Source: Lytechinus pictus
Lineage: Eukaryota
Direction of reading: 5' to 3'
DNA: 64,000 bases
Assembly (NCBI RefSeq): GCF_037042905.1
Contig: NC_087263.1
Coordinates: forward strand, 14,076,001-14,140,000
Positions 63,417 through 64,000 of the stretch are shown in pieces (within the stretch, counting starts at the first letter, position 1; each line of letters begins with the position of its first letter). A program made the translations under genes and the position numbers. The notes under the pieces are model-generated. The model did not search any database, was not told the DNA's origin, and worked only from the letters and a program-made list of their open reading frames with translations.

Positions 63417-64000
63417 GTAAGGGTCCTGTGTGATGGAATTATCAGTAACGACTGGATGGCTCCTTTGTTATCAGCCAATCAGATGCTACAATTTCAATAG
63501 CTTTTAACAGTTATCGTAATTATATGCCTTTGCACTCTAGGTGTCACTATCAGAGGCTTTACATTTTCTAGTATCTGCCTGCCCCCCTTCAGTCATGTAC
63601 TTGTAGGAGACATAATTTTATGGTATTACATGTAGATGATCTCATTGGTTTTGGGGTAGCAAGGTCAAAGGTCACACAATTGATGAAGGTCATACATGTA
63701 GATGGTCATGAATTTGGAAAATGCCTGGTTTAGGGGTATGAATGTCAGTTTGTGGAGGTCGGAATGTGTATACCATGTATGAATTTGCTTTTCACAATAT
63801 TTTTCATACATGTACATGCAATTAACATTTTCGGCCTGGAATTTTGTGTTTTGCGTAAAATTATGCGAGTTCTGTGTACCTTGCGAAATCTTTGGGATTT
63901 TTATATTCTCTATAGTGGAAAACGAGGGACTTTTTTAAATTTAACTTTTAATTGTATCTGTTTTACGTTTTTGGCCTGGAATATTCTTTTTTATGAAATT

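Overview
AT-rich, repeat-dense eukaryotic genomic DNA with spliceosomal introns, tRNA-derived SINEs, many MITEs, LINE 3' ends and microsatellites. The repeat content (a TU-like foldback element, deuterostome-type SINEs) suggests a sea urchin; this is inference. Two spliced protein-coding genes are supported, arranged head to head: (1) the first four coding exons of a USP47-like deubiquitinase (+ strand, 52528 to beyond the window end), and (2) an unrecognised 82-aa single-pass membrane microprotein (- strand, coding exons 45331-45259 and 42353-42178) with signal peptide, transmembrane helix and a C-terminal -TKL motif. Most ORFs in the supplied track are artefacts of low-complexity or repeat sequence. 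The main structural signals are: a 7.6-kb foldback element with 15-bp terminal arrays and an 8-bp TSD; inside it, a hAT-like element inserted into another copy of itself; a 1.1-kb insertion in a (GAT)n array built from inverted copies of both flanks; several perfect fold-back palindromes; and dense TACATGTA motifs in the USP47 introns that look like transposon excision footprints. No CRISPR array, operon, intact transposase or bona fide tRNA/rRNA gene was seen. All alignments and counts were done by eye.
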